DNA of 63,910 bases, the filler included, from Craspedostauros australis (taxonomy: Eukaryota): assembly GCA_030167865.1 (NCBI GenBank). It is 17 parts of 17 records of this genome, joined end to end, with 100 filler letters (N's around TTAATTAATTAA, not from the genome) between each part and the next. Parts side by side here need not be neighbours in the genome. Positions count along the whole stretch, not along the records: positions 32,333 to 40,017 come from JALAGF010006270.1; positions 40,118 to 41,332 come from JALAGF010006271.1; positions 41,433 to 42,830 come from JALAGF010006272.1; positions 42,931 to 47,830 come from JALAGF010006273.1; 13 more parts are not named here. One strand, given 5' to 3'. The translations under genes were made by a program, and so were the position numbers. Below are positions 32,886-46,089 of this stretch, in pieces (position 1 is the first letter of the stretch; every line of letters starts with the position of its first letter). Below the pieces are notes generated by a model that saw only the letters and a program-made list of their open reading frames with translations, ran no database searches and was not told the origin of the DNA.

Positions 32886-35334
32886 CTGATGATGGTGCGC
32901 ACCGACGCAACAAACAGCTCTGGCAGAGCCAACCCAAAGCCATCCCGCACCCAGCAAAGGGCATCGGGACGACCAGGAAGAGGAGGCCGTCACAATGGTG
33001 ACAACGACGGCGGAGGGCGAGGAAGAGGGGGTCGGAAACAGGCCCGGGAAGGAGCACGAAAGAAAGCGGCGAAAAACACCACCAACACGGGCGGCAGCGG
33101 ATGGATTTGGAGCCATGACCATGAGAAATCTTGGGGTGACATCCTCCATGAGCGCAATTTGTTGACGCGAAACGCTGAACCCTTCACAACGGCCACAGGG
33201 GCGGAAGGCGCACTCGACGAAACCATCGCGCACACCAAAGCGAATACCGTGGATGGCGACACCGGAAAACGCTGGAGGAGTGGACGGACGTGTTTCAACA
33301 AGCATACGACAACAAGTTGCAACCTGACCAGAATATTAATCTGGTGGAGCTCATGATCTGGTTGGTGGCAACACCCAACATCTTTCCCAACATGTGGAAC
33401 GCAGGGCGGATCAAAGCCACACATGAGACGTCGGCGTGGATTGCGGCAAGGATCGTTTTCATGCACTCCAAAGGCATCGAATTCGAAGACGAAGAGGAAA
33501 CCACCACTTCCCCGAACCCAAAGAAGAAGAAGAAGCCACGCAAACCAAAACGCAAGGTGGTTGCATTCCCGCGGAAGACGGCAAGGCAAGCCAATCTACC
33601 AAGTGTGAACAATGTGTTGAGTGACTTCAACAAAACCTTCTTCGATGTACGGCTTCCCATGGTCAGGGAATCCAATGATCCCATTATTAACCAAGTCATC
33701 GCAAGCCTCAATGAAGTCAGAGCGTTCATCTTCCGGGCCGATTCGAAGGCTCGGGTCGTTGCGTGGCGACGAAGCAAGGAGATGAAACCATGGACGGCAT
33801 CCGACGTGCCCTGGACCTCTCGCGAGACTGTCAAGCAGTTCGTAGAGAGCTTGTACGCACGTACGGGCTTCAACACGTACACAAGGATCTGGGTCGCACA
33901 CAAGGCGGAGGCAGAAGTTTTCGAAGACGACGGTACACTTCGAGCATCGGCCATATCGTTCTCCAAGTTGGAAATCCAAGAGCACAACATTGTAACAGCA
34001 GGCTGGTTGTTCGGCAGTCACAGCACCACCAACAACAACGACCTGGCTAATGCCATCAACGAGGCGGAGGTTGTGAAAGGCAAATTTGCGGTGCAGTTGC
34101 GAATGAAGGAGATCCAGCTGGTCAGCAAAAGGAATCGACCAAAAGACACTAGCAACTTCAGAAACCGTCCTAGAGCCACGCATGTGATGAGTGGGGAATC
34201 GAAAACCCACATGTGCAGGGTGGCAATGAAGGAACTCTTCAACAACCGCTCGGATACGGTCCGGGTGCTGGGAAAACAGATGAGGTTTTTGCCAGACACG
34301 TTGGACATGAGGTTCGAACATCCTCCATCGGAGCTCACGAACTTGAGCAAGATGGCAGCACACCAGCAAGAATTCAAAAAGGTGATGAAGGTTCAAGGGG
34401 TTCACTCTATCCTACAGTTGGACGTCAAGATTCCGATCTGGAGGCTGACCCTACGCGACGTGGTCATGAACCTTAGGTCTTTCGAGGATCCGGACTACAC
34501 CCTGTTCGTCTCAGTGGATACCGACAGAAACGATTGGACCCAGACGAACGTTGTGTTTCATCTGAAGCAACGAGTGGAGGCACACGAACTGATTTCGAAG
34601 CTACCTTCTTTTGCTACAAGAAATTGGACTTCCGCTGCCAGGGATGGTTTACTCCATATGCGTGGTCACAGAATGAGCACTACGAGGTGGATTGGGAGTC
34701 TGGATTGGTCCTCAGCCGGGAAGAACAAGAGATGGGGCAGATGGTGCAAGCCGGCCCTAAGTTCTTGAACCTTGATGAACAAGAGGCGATGGGCATGTCT
34801 CCCGCGGAGATGGGATGGGAAGGGTACGTGGACGATCAAGGCAATATGAAGCCGATACCGTTGCTCCAGTTCGACGTGGAGTTGATCACAAACCCAAAAA
34901 CCCAGAACGGGGACAATTACACCCAGTGGGTACATTCGCCACGGCATCCCCTGCTCAGCAAGCCAGCCACGTGGCGCACGCAATTGCGAACGCAGCCTCA
35001 AACAAGGCTGACAATCCGGAGGCATTCGCGTTGGATCCGAGAGCCAAAGTGGACTTTGATGTGGACCATCCAGCAACCATCGCGGAGAAGGATGAAGAAG
35101 ACGAGGAAGATGAAGATGATAGCTCAAACAGCACCGGGACGGACTCCAACGAGGCAGCCGTCGACGACATGGTCGTCAACATGGACACAAGCTCCAAAAA
35201 ATCCGACAGTGGTGATAGGGCCACAGTCCACGCATAATCGCAAGAATGCCAAAGGACCAGCTACGCGCAAGCAATCGGCTGAGTCCGAGGACTCAGGCAG
35301 GATAAAGAGAGTCCAGGAAAGAGGAGGAGTGTGA
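32886..35334 (+). pseudogene. LINE ORF1, broken by frameshifts
   Basis: Chain of overlapping ORFs (32889, 33290, 34534, 34815) with a G/R-rich N-terminus, a GWLFGSH motif and an acidic C-terminus, directly upstream of an APE-RT ORF2. Confidence 0.7.
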
Positions 35335-35399
35335 GACAAGAGGAGACGACGTACCATAGTCAACAAAAAAAGGAGGAGGAGGAAGACCGATTAGTTTGC

Positions 35400-35545
35400 C
35401 AGCAACAACACTTTCAGTGCAACAACGACAACAACGACGACAACAACACGACAACAACAACGGCAACAACAACGACTACGATAAAATAGTACCAAAACAA
35501 CGACAACAACAACGATAACAACAACAACGACGACGACGAGACGAC
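35400..35545. repeat. (CAA/CGA)n low-complexity spacer between LINE ORF1 and ORF2
   Basis: Imperfect ACAACG/ACAACA runs. Confidence 0.8.
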
Positions 35546-35606
35546 GGAAACGGCGAATACGTCGACTAAGGGGATACCTGCACAGCCAGGAAACCCCGGC
35601 ACAACT

Positions 35607-38600
35607 GTGCACAGAGCGATGCTCGGAAGAGGAAGACGGCACCAAACCGGAGCTGCAATCCACACCATGAGCACGCAGGTAGCCAGAGTTCTGGCAAACG
35701 AGGAGGAAGCAAGCAGACTAAACGATGCTTGCGGCGACGGGATGGAGTCGAAGACCAACGACGAAGTCAGGGTGGTGTTCCAGAACGTGGCACAGATCTC
35801 CATATACGCTTATCAACAAAAGAACGAGGAAATCATGGCCTTCATACAGCGATCAAGACTCGATGTGCTGGCGATGGCTGAAACAAACCTGAGATGGAAT
35901 CATGTGAGACCCAGCGATCAGTGGGAAGAAAGGGTGTGAGGGAAGGTGAAACGGACCAAGCATATGTTCTCGTATAACACCCATGAGCAGGGTCGCGACC
36001 CAAGACTATACGGAGGAACAGGAATTGTGCTAACGGAACAGACGGCCGCGAGGGCGTTTCTTTTTGGAGTGGATGACAGCGGCATGGGGAAATGGTCTTG
36101 GTGCAAGATCGAAGGCAAGAGACACAAGTCAGTGAGAGTGGTGTCGGCATACAGGCCGTGCAAATCCATGGATGGAGACACCACAGTGTGGAACCAGCAG
36201 CTGCGAGCATTGAACAACCAGGGAAGGCACGAAGACCCACACAAAGCCTGGATTACAGACCTACAAGACCAAGTGAGGAGATGGAAGGAGGACAGGGACT
36301 CGATAGTGATTGGTGTCGACCTTAACGAAGATACTGAGCACGGACCAACAGTACAGGCTCTACGAGCGGTGGGACTGAAGAATTCGGTAACCGACCGCAT
36401 GGGGGACGACGCGCGGTGTTCTACACAACAGCGAAACCTGACCAACACGCCCATTGATGCAATTTATGTGTCGGACGGACTCGAAGTGATACGGGCAGGC
36501 TACACGGCGTTTGGGGAGGCCATCCCGTGTGATCATCGAGCTATCTGGATCAACCTCAGCTTCAGCCAGATTTTGGGAGCCGGGGTGCAACGAGTACAAT
36601 CCGCCCAGCCCAGAAGGTTAGTCCTCAGTAACCCAAAGGTGGTACAAAAATACAACGACGCGGTACTCGCAGAGTACGGAAAGCACCGCATTCACCAGAG
36701 GGCCACGACTCTTCTTAAAACAGCGAAGACACAAGGATGGGNNNNNNNNNNNNNNNNNNNNNNNNNNNAACAGCGAAGACACAAGGATGGGAACTCAATG
36801 GGTCCCAGCGGAAGGCTTATGATGGCCTGCTAACCCAGGTGTACCAAATCCGGCGATGTGCGGAGAAGAGGAGTAGGAAGTTGACTATGGGGGAAGTCTC
36901 ATGGTCCCCGGAAGTGCAGAGCGCTCGGGATCGGGTGAAGTACTGGACTATCGAAGTCAAGTATTGGAAAGGGGTAAAAACCAGCTTGTCATTGAGAAAG
37001 CGCTTGAGGGCCCAATCAGGATGTGAGGCGGCAGGATCACTGGAGGAGGCGACATCCGCACAGACGGAAGCGTACAAGGCCTACTACAGAGTTCGGAAAC
37101 AGCACCGACAGGCCCGGCAAGACCATCTAGTGGATTTAGCCAGGCAACGGCACGAAAGTCACGAACAGGACTATGAGACGGCCATCAAAACGCTCATGAA
37201 CCAGGAACGACAGCGAGAACAGGCGAGCAGACTCCGAGCAGTGTTTGGGAAAGGGAAAGCGATGACTACCAAGGTTCTCTTCATGGACGAGGAAGGAGTC
37301 GTTCACGAATGTACGGAACAATGTGACATAGTGGAAGCGTGTATCGTGGAGAACAAGCGAAGGTTCTCGCAGGCACGCGACACCCTGTGTATGTCAGGCA
37401 GAGGGAAGCAAACGATGGACAAGATCTGGAATCCGGATACGGCGAATCAGCTGTTGTATGCTGCAGGNNNNNNNNNNNAGTTTGACGACCCACTGTGGCA
37501 GCATCTCATGCAGGCCCTGGAACCGGTGGAGTTCAGCCAAGACGAGCTCACGGTAGAAGAACATGTAAAGGCGTGGAGAAAGCAGACAGAGCTTACCAAC
37601 TCTGAGCCGAGCAATCCGCATTTCAGGCACTTCAAGTCTGCGGCGGCCGATGCCACCCTCGCGGAGGTGGACATGGTCATGCGTGAGATACCGTATCAAA
37701 CCGGTCACTCTCCAAAAGAATGGCAGCGAGTTACCNNNNNNNNNNNNNNNNNNNNNNNNNNNNNNNNNNNNNNNNNNNNNNNNNNACATCGAAAAAATGC
37801 GGACCATCCAGCTGATGGACGCGCAGTTTAATCTCAACAACAAGAGGTTGGGACGACAGATGATGGCCACGGCAGAAGAACGGCAATGGATTTCAGATTT
37901 CCAGTTTGGAAGCAGAAAGGGTCGATCGGCGGTCAGTGCGGCACTCAACAAGCGAGTGAGCATTGATGTTGGGAAACAAAAGAAGGTCCCTATCTGGTTC
38001 TGCTCGAATGATGCGAAATCATGCTACGATCGCATTGCCCCAAATTTCGCGGCGACTGTGATGATGGCGGCTGGGGTCAACCCCTCGGCTACAAGGTGCA
38101 TGGTCCGCACGCTCCGAGATGCAAGGCATCGCATCAGCACCGCGTTTGGGGTGTCCAGGCAATCCTATGGCAGTGGACCCGATTGCTGCATGCATGGAAT
38201 TGGACAAGGCAATGGAGCTGGGCCCGCGATTTGGGCGGTCATCAGTTTGGTTATGTTCAAGGCGATGGAGAGCAGAGGGCACAAACAGACGATGGCCTAC
38301 CCAAGTGGTGATGGCTCCTTTGATATCCTCGGGTCGGCCTTTGTTGATGACACTGACCTGATCTTGCTAGGAAGTGACGAAGTGACGTCGTCAGACTTCA
38401 CGGACATGGTCCGGGACTGGAGCGAGCTGCTGAAGATCACCGGGGGCGCTATCGTTCCGGCTAAGTCCACGTGGTGGTCGATGACTCCACAATTCGAAGA
38501 TGGACGGTGGAGGTGGAACGATGGGGACCTGAACGATAGGATTGCCATCGCCGATGGGGAAGGNNNNNNNNNNNNNNNNNNNNNNNNNNNNNNNNNNNNN

Positions 38601-40017
38601 NNNNNNNNNNNNNCCAGGCAATCCTATGGCAGTGGATCCAATTGCTGCATGCATGGAATTGGACAAGGCAATGGAGCTGGGCCCGCGATTTGGGCGGTCA
38701 TCAGTTCGGTTATGTTCAAGGCTATGGAGAGCAGAGGGCACAAACAGACGATGGCCTACCCAAGTGGTGATGGCTCCTTTGATATCCTTGGGTCGGCCTT
38801 TGTCGATGACACTGACCTGGTCTTGCTAGGAAGTGACGAAGTGACGTCGTCAGACTTCACGGACATGGTCCGGGACTGGAGCGAGCTGCTGAAGATCACC
38901 GGGGNNNNNNNNNNNNNNNNNNNNNNNNNNNNNNNNNNNNNNNNNNNNNNNNNNNNNNNNNNNNNNNNNNNNNNNNNNNNNNNNNNNNNNNNNNNCCATC
39001 GCCGATGGGGAAGGGGTGGGCAGTGAAATACCACGCCAGCCTCTAGATCAACCCCTATTCACGCTTGGGGTGTTCCTATCATTTGATGAGGGTGAGGAGC
39101 AACAGGTGCAAGCACTACGGAAGAAGGCAGAGGACTTTGCCGGAAAGATGCGACTCTCCAGTCTGTCTCCAGCGGACGCAAGATGTGCTCTTACCCTCCG
39201 GTTCATCAAGTCGATCGAATACGTTATGGGAATTACTCAGCTCACGGCAGCCCAATTGAGAAGAATCATGGCGCCAGCGCTGCTTGCAGCGTTGCCACAG
39301 ATGGGGTGCTCGAGGACGTTCCCATGGGATCTCGTTTACGCTCCCGTCTCGCTCGGAGGATTAGGGGTGCCTAACCCGGTCCACCGGCAGTTGATACAAC
39401 AGATACAACTTGCGTTCAGTGAAGTACACGGAGACACATCGACGGGTAGGATGCTACGGTGTTCGATTCAAGCGGTCAAGGCAGAGCCGGGAGTGGGAGG
39501 TTCACTGTTCGAGTACACGCTCGAGAGGGTGCACCATTGTGTGACACCCTGCTGGGTGAAAGGTTTGTGGCGACAGCTACAAGACACAGGGGTGAATATC
39601 ATAGAGACCACAAAGTCTCTCGAGCTTCAGCGGGACGGGGATGAGTTCCTTCTGTCCCGATGGGTCCGAGACGGCTTGAAGGGGGCCGAACTGTATCACT
39701 TGAATATGTGCAGGATGAAGCTGGGGGTAGCTAGGATGTCGGATATTGTGGACGCGGCTGGTTCGTCACTGTCAATCGTCATCATGGAAGGGCAAGGGGC
39801 CCCAGCTCAAGTCAGCCAGTGGGCCAACNNNNNNNNNNNNNNNNNNNNNNNNNNNNNNNNNNNNNNNNNNNNNNNNNNNNNNNNNNNNNNNNNNNNNNNN
39901 CGATTGCTTCTGACAACCCTAGGGAGATGGCACTCGAGCGACGGAACGTGGCAGTGGTGGAAGTCAGCGATGACCGGTGAAATCTACGACACAAGCACCC
40001 GTCCGATACGAGTGTAC
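35607..40017 (+). mobile_element. Non-LTR retrotransposon ORF2 (APE endonuclease + RT), Ambal-like; one premature stop plus gaps
   Basis: APE motifs FQNV, AMAETNL, GGTG, VVSAYRP, GVDLNE, IDAIY and CDHRAIW. RT motifs QFGSRKG, NDAKSCYDRI, GIGQGNGAGP and AFVDDTD. In-frame TGA at 35937. Confidence 0.9.
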
Positions 40018-40117
40018 NNNNNNNNNNNNNNNNNNNNNNNNNNNNNNNNNNNNNNNNNNNNTTAATTAATTAANNNNNNNNNNNNNNNNNNNNNNNNNNN
40101 NNNNNNNNNNNNNNNNN

Positions 40118-40246
40118 TTCTCTGCATGTGCCTTGGTGGTGTTGGCCTCACACCACATTCTGTGCTCTCGTTCCTCTTCTTCCATCTCTTCCTCTTCTTC
40201 CATGTGCTGCTGTTCTGTTTGCGTCGTACCTGTTGGTTTCGCAGCG

Positions 40247-40316
<70 letters not shown>

Positions 40317-41332
40317 GTGATGGTGATGGTGATGGTGATGGTGGTGATGGTGATGGTGGTGACGGTGATGCCATTTTTTTGTTGTTGTCGGTCGTACCTG
40401 ATGCCGCGGCTGTTTTCTTGGCGTCGCGTTGTGAGCTGTAGTACGCCGCAGTCAGGTACGATTTCACGCGCATTGGACTTCCGTGCAATTGCGTGAACCA
40501 ATCAGTCTCTGTTCCCTCCAGCTCCATCAATCGGCGGTGCGCTTCGTGTTCTGTTGGTCGATTTTTCGGGTCCTTTTTGGCGGCCGTGCTCATTTCGTCC
40601 AATTTCTGCAGTACGTACCGTGGTAACTCCGCGTTGCTGCGCGTTGTTTTCGCCGCCCAGCCCTTCACCGCGAGTTGGGGGATTTCGGCTTCCGCGGTCT
40701 GGTCTTTCAATTCTGCGGTGTGGTCGTGTGGTAGCTCTNNNNNNNNNNNNNNNNNNNNNNNNNNNNNNNNNNNNNNNNNNNNNNNNNNTAGCTCTCCTTG
40801 CCCCATGTTCAGTGCGTCGCGAAAGACGAGCGCTTTGCTCTCCACCGCGGTAGCACCCCACTTTCGCGTCTTCTTCTTCTTCTTTGGTGATTCGGCGGTG
40901 AAGGGTTCCTTTCCTGACGTGTGCGTTGCGATGGTGCGGACGCCCAGCTGGTTAATTTCCCAGTCTTCCCATTCGGCACACGGGACAAGAACGTCGTCTG
41001 TGACACCGGATGCCGCCACCAAATTGGCCTCGTCGTTTCCGAACTTCACCTCGTGCGTTTGGCGTACCTTTTGCCCTTTCGCGCAGAAACGCTTCTTTGG
41101 CATGCCGGGGAAACTCACAACGCGCCCTTCGAGGCATTCTGCATCCACCAATACGGTGGTCGTTCCCGCGATGTTGCCAGCTTCCAAGGCGTCAAAAAGT
41201 TGGTGTTCCGTCTTGATGTCGTTGTCCTCCAGCACGTAGGCTCGCAATACAACAGTGATGTACGCAAAGTGCGTGTCAAGGCGGCCTTTGCCTGTTTGGG
41301 CTTCGGTGTAGATCCAGGCCGCGATCTTGGGG
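40118..41332 (-). mobile_element. C-terminal part of a putative DDD-type (Sola-like) transposase
   Basis: The frame is open across the scaffold and begins PKIAAWIYTEAQTGKGRLDTHFAY, an ExQxGKxxxD motif. It contains an NLS-like PKKKKK and has a second copy at 31810-32232. Confidence 0.45.
40247..40369. repeat. Compound hexanucleotide microsatellite: (GTTGCT)11 followed by (GGTGAT)n
   Basis: Seen directly. Encodes Thr-Ala and Ser-Pro runs in the minus-strand ORF. Confidence 0.95.
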
Positions 41333-41746
41333 NNNNNNNNNNNNNNNNNNNNNNNNNNNNNNNNNNNNNNNNNNNNTTAATTAATTAANNNNNNNNNNNN
41401 NNNNNNNNNNNNNNNNNNNNNNNNNNNNNNNNCCTTCATCCTCTTCTGGATAGCATCGATTCATCATGCTGCAGCTTCTTCGTCATGGGAGTGGTTGGTG
41501 GCATCCTGCCATTCATCCTCCATTCATCTGAGGTTCCTCCCTTCCGGCTCTGTCATTCGATTCTTCATCCGACATGCCCGCGTCTCTCTCATTGATCGTN
41601 TATCGATGCGTCTTGGCTCACTGTATCTGGAATCCGCCGTTCATGGCTCGCGCTCTCATAGCTGTATCCTTTCCAGATTCGNGTCTCTCTCTCTCATCGA
41701 TCTCATTGTCATCGCACACCGATCTCATATCTGTGCTCGTAGTATC

Positions 41747-42830
41747 TCGCCGATCATTCGGCATCCGGTTCTTCTTGATCATCTGCCATGCTCATGCTAT
41801 GGCTATATCACTGAACCGTACCATCATGGCCTCCCGCCATTCACTGCTCTTCTCGGGATCCACATGACCCCTTCATTCGTCAATTGTGGTTGGATCCAGC
41901 ATCATTGCGACATTTGGTTGCTCGGATCCCTCTTNNNNNNNNNNNNNNNNNNNNNNNNNNNNNNNNNNNNNNNNNNNNNNNNNNNNNNNNNNNNNNNNNN
42001 NNNNNNNNNNNNNNNNNNNNNNNNNNNNNNNNNNNNNNNNNNNNNNNTCTGTGTGAAAGTTGGGTCCTCCTGTCGCCGGTAGTGTGGTAGTCATCTCTCG
42101 AGTGGTCTCATACCCCTCATCATTCTCTGATTCTGATTCTTCACTTGATCCAAGTTCTCGCTCCTCCTTCGGAATGGGCATATCGTAGTATCCCTTGAGA
42201 GCACTCAGCATCCTCGGCATGTGCACGACAGGTTCTGCGATTGGGACCGTATTTGGTGCGTTCTCGGCCAAATCGTCTCGTCCCGTCTCATCGTCCCTTC
42301 CGGATTCATCNNNNNNNNNNNNNNNNNNNNNNNNNNNNNNNNNNNNNNNNNNNNNNNNNNTCGGATCCCTCTTCGTTCTGTATGTAGTTCAATGCTTGGT
42401 TCGCGGCGATGAAGTCACCCAGGCTCATCTTCTCATGAGTGGTGTCAATCGTCATGCCTGCGATATCTCTGTTGAATGTTGACCCGTCTGTGTGAAAGTT
42501 GGGTCCTCCTGTCGCCGGTAGTGTGGTAGTCATCTCTCGAGTGGTCTCATACCCCTCATCATTCTCTGATTCTGATTCTTCACTTGATCCAAGTTCTCGC
42601 TCCTCCTTCGGAATGGGCATATCGTAGTATCCCTTGAGAGCACTCAGCATCCTCGGCATGTGCACGACAGGTTCTGCGATTGGGACCGTATTTGGTGCGT
42701 TCTCGGCCAAATCGTCTCGTCCCGTCTCATCGTCCCTTCCGGATTCATCGTCGTCGTCATCGTACGATTCATTTTCCCCTTGGGTAGGGAGCAAGTCATC
42801 TTGCCCTCGAGCAGCGTCTTCTGTATCTGT
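41747..42830 (-). pseudogene. Decayed Ty1/copia pol relic (IN-RT spacer and RT start)
   Basis: The minus strand reads NVAMMLDPTTIDE*RGHVDPEKSSEWREAMM, then after a frameshift AWQMIKKNRMPNDRR. This matches the RT start at about 29555-29700 (EPSTFDQAFNHP..YSKIKRSSIPRDRR). Confidence 0.7.
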
Positions 42831-45800
42831 NNNNNNNNNNNNNNNNNNNNNNNNNNNNNNNNNNNNNNNNNNNNTTAATTAATTAANNNNNNNNNNNNNN
42901 NNNNNNNNNNNNNNNNNNNNNNNNNNNNNNAGACAAATGAGACCCAGCGACACTGTCAAGAAAGAAGATCGAAGCACCGCAACAGCAGCCTTTCAGAAGC
43001 TAACGTGCTATGGAATTGAGGACTGTGCTCTCTCTCTCTCTCTCTCTCCAGATGCATACAATTCGCCAACGAAATAGTCGTCAGAGGGGTAATTCGAGTA
43101 GTCGTGATTACCACAATCGCCAGAGTTTATGCTTTTAGTTCGGTTGCGTGACGTTTCCATTCTTGGGACATCCAAGTAAGAAAGAGATGCGGCAAATGTG
43201 GGCGTGATGATGAACGAGTGACGACAATAGAGCATCAGCACAGCCGAGCCTTGAGCAGATCCATTGCCGATGTCTCTGGCTGCCGTATCGCAACTGGTGC
43301 AGCAGACATCCATATCAATCCCCATGTTTCGCTCGGAATCAAGTTCACCGTTCTTCTCTGGCGCCGCTGCAGCGCGGTCTCTGTTGGAGCCGTCCGGGAA
43401 CGAAAGGACTGCGTGCGGAAGAATGTGAAGCGCGCCACATGCTTCCGAAGGTAGGGCAGCAGCATTCATTCCAATCCCCCATGGTTCGTGCGGCGCGTTG
43501 GAATTTGTGCCACTAATTATCGAAAGTGTTGACGGCTGCACTCCCCTCTCGCGATGCTGTGGTTTTCACTTGAGGCGCTGTATCGAGGATGACTCGCTGG
43601 GTATGTTGTGCGGTACCCATGGCATCGGTTGCCTGTAGCACTCTTTTCCATCGGAGCCGAGTGTGAATGCTGACGTTGGGAACTGCGGGCTGACCATGTG
43701 TAAGCATCCTTTGTTCATAGATGATCACCCTGGATGCTCACCATGCATGCCGACTTGCAGCGCTTTGCCGTGTCGCGCACATGCGCAGTGCTCTGCTCCG
43801 AAGCCTGCCGATTAACCGCGGTTACACCTGTTTCGCCAATGACCAACACATCTGGTATCATACGAGTTTGCGCAGGCGCGGTCCTCCTGCGGCTTGCGAT
43901 ATCGGTTGTTAAGCGCATCCCGCGATGCCACCTCAACCATCGACCCACATGGTGTTGAAGATGACATTGATGATCCTGAGGATCATGGTGGCATGAGCTT
44001 CATCCGTGGATGTCCACTCGGCGATCAACACGAATGAAGTCATGATGACGGAGTCGTCATGAGATTGCTGAATGGTTTGCTGGCATGCTTGGAGGAGCAA
44101 CGCTACGCTTCATGCCTCTCCATTGCTCCATCTCCCTATGACCTTCCTTTGATCATGGCCGTTGCTTGGCGCCGCGTCACGTCCCGTCATGCCTCATCTC
44201 TTCTCTCTTCACTGCACGGATGGATCTCTGTCAACGCGATTGTCATGTGGTCATCATTGGCAACGCCTCGCTTCATCGGCGCTCATCAATAGCAGTGGCG
44301 CTTCATGCCACCCTCATCTGCCATCCTTGTCCCACACCACACCACACTGCACGACCATGTTTCATTCTTCTTCATGCCGTCCCCACCGCTCCAGCCTTTG
44401 TCTCATCTCGTGTCTGCCATTCTGGCGAACAACAAGAGAAGCCACAAATTCGGTGATGTTGCGCGCCATTTTTGTTCTTGTTTGGTCGTGTCCAAATGAG
44501 TCCCCAGCTTCCACGATCGAAGTGTGTGATCCATTCGCACGAGTCGATAAAGGTATCCACAAAGATCCGCCACAACCACCAAACCGCGTCTCCAACTCCT
44601 CTCTCTTGTGCGCATCTCATCCGAGCAACATCATTGAACCACTGGATGAAGCAGGTCCGAAGGCATCAATCAAACTGAAGTATTTTGCGCTATCAATACA
44701 GCAAACGAGGCAGCATCCAGCTTCGAATCAACGGATGCATGTGATATTGGTTCCAGATGTCAGCACTGTGAGACCGGCGTATGCAGTGGTGAGATCGTGG
44801 GCTCTGGTTTGGAGGTAAATTGGTATTCGTTAGTTGTCGATTTAGTTGGTTTGCATTGTTGAGTTGATTGAACTCTCGGATTTATGAGATGATGACGAGA
44901 TGTTGTTCTGTCAGAATGCAAGTTGCAGGGTCAGCAGCATCTCCCGTGTAATTCGTCGTGATCNNNNNNNNNNNNNNNNNNNNNNNNNNNNNNNNNNNNN
45001 NNNNNNNNNNNNNGGGTCCTCGCAATACACCGTGTTGTACTTCATTTGGTCTTGGGTTGCGATGGCACTCCGAGGTCGTGCTCGGTTGGTCGATAGTCAT
45101 CCAGATCCACGATCGATCCAGAATCTTCGCCGTGTTTTGATTGAACATAACACACAAGGAACATTGTTGAAAAAATGGCGCGCATTGTTCCTGGAGTCGT
45201 GATTGATTTGATTGAGGAACAAAATTCAGTCACGACACAATTTGATCACTCTCAAGGTCACAAAGTATGCGTGTCATTGGAATATTCCCACAATGCAACG
45301 ATGGAGTTAGATTGAGTTGGGCATTCCTGCGTGTTCACGGAGTTGTCCAAAAACCAAGCGGCGCCAAATTAGGATCTGTGCCGTGCACATACCGACTCAT
45401 ACGCGTATGGTATGTGTACGTATAGTAGGTATGGGAGCTCGCGTGCGGACGGGCCGTGTGATGCAGGATGGTACCTATTCATGGGTTGCGTCCACGATCG
45501 GCGGGCTCCTTCAAGTCCACGCTGGAGATCAATACGCGGAGTGTTCTTCGATACTCGTCCGACTGCGAGCAACAGTTCTCGAGCTTTCGCAAAGCTCCAC
45601 GTTGCATCCCGTGTCTTCTCCGTCCAATCCTACCACATACCTGCGTACTTGAGCACTTTGACGATTCTCACCAACAACATCGTGAACCAAAGCGATCTCA
45701 AAAGTCGGACTTTCCGGGAACTGTCTGACATCACGTTTGGCAGAGTATCTGTACTCTCCAGAGAGAGAGAGACAGTACGAGCACGAGCATGAGCACTCGT

Positions 45801-46089
45801 ACGAGTAGCTCGTACATCACCGAAAGCAAGGAGAGCGCAGAGGTTGCTTCATAAAATTCAGTTGGGTTCACACAACCAACATCAGCTGGCATCAACAACA
45901 CATTGAGTACTCCTCTTGGCATCAGTTCATTCAGTTCATTCGTTGCTCTTCCTTCGCCCTCTAATCCACGTTGGATTCATCGTATCCTCACGCAATCGAA
46001 TACCCGTCACCAGAGGCATCAGTAGGGTCACGCCACAGCCCAACGCTCAACGTTTCCTCGTTCGTACGAGCCACTTCAACGCGAACAGC

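Noticed and set aside
40126..40501. Poly-Cys, poly-Leu and Asn-Ser ORFs
   Set aside because: They are alternative-frame translations of the (GTTGCT)n microsatellite.
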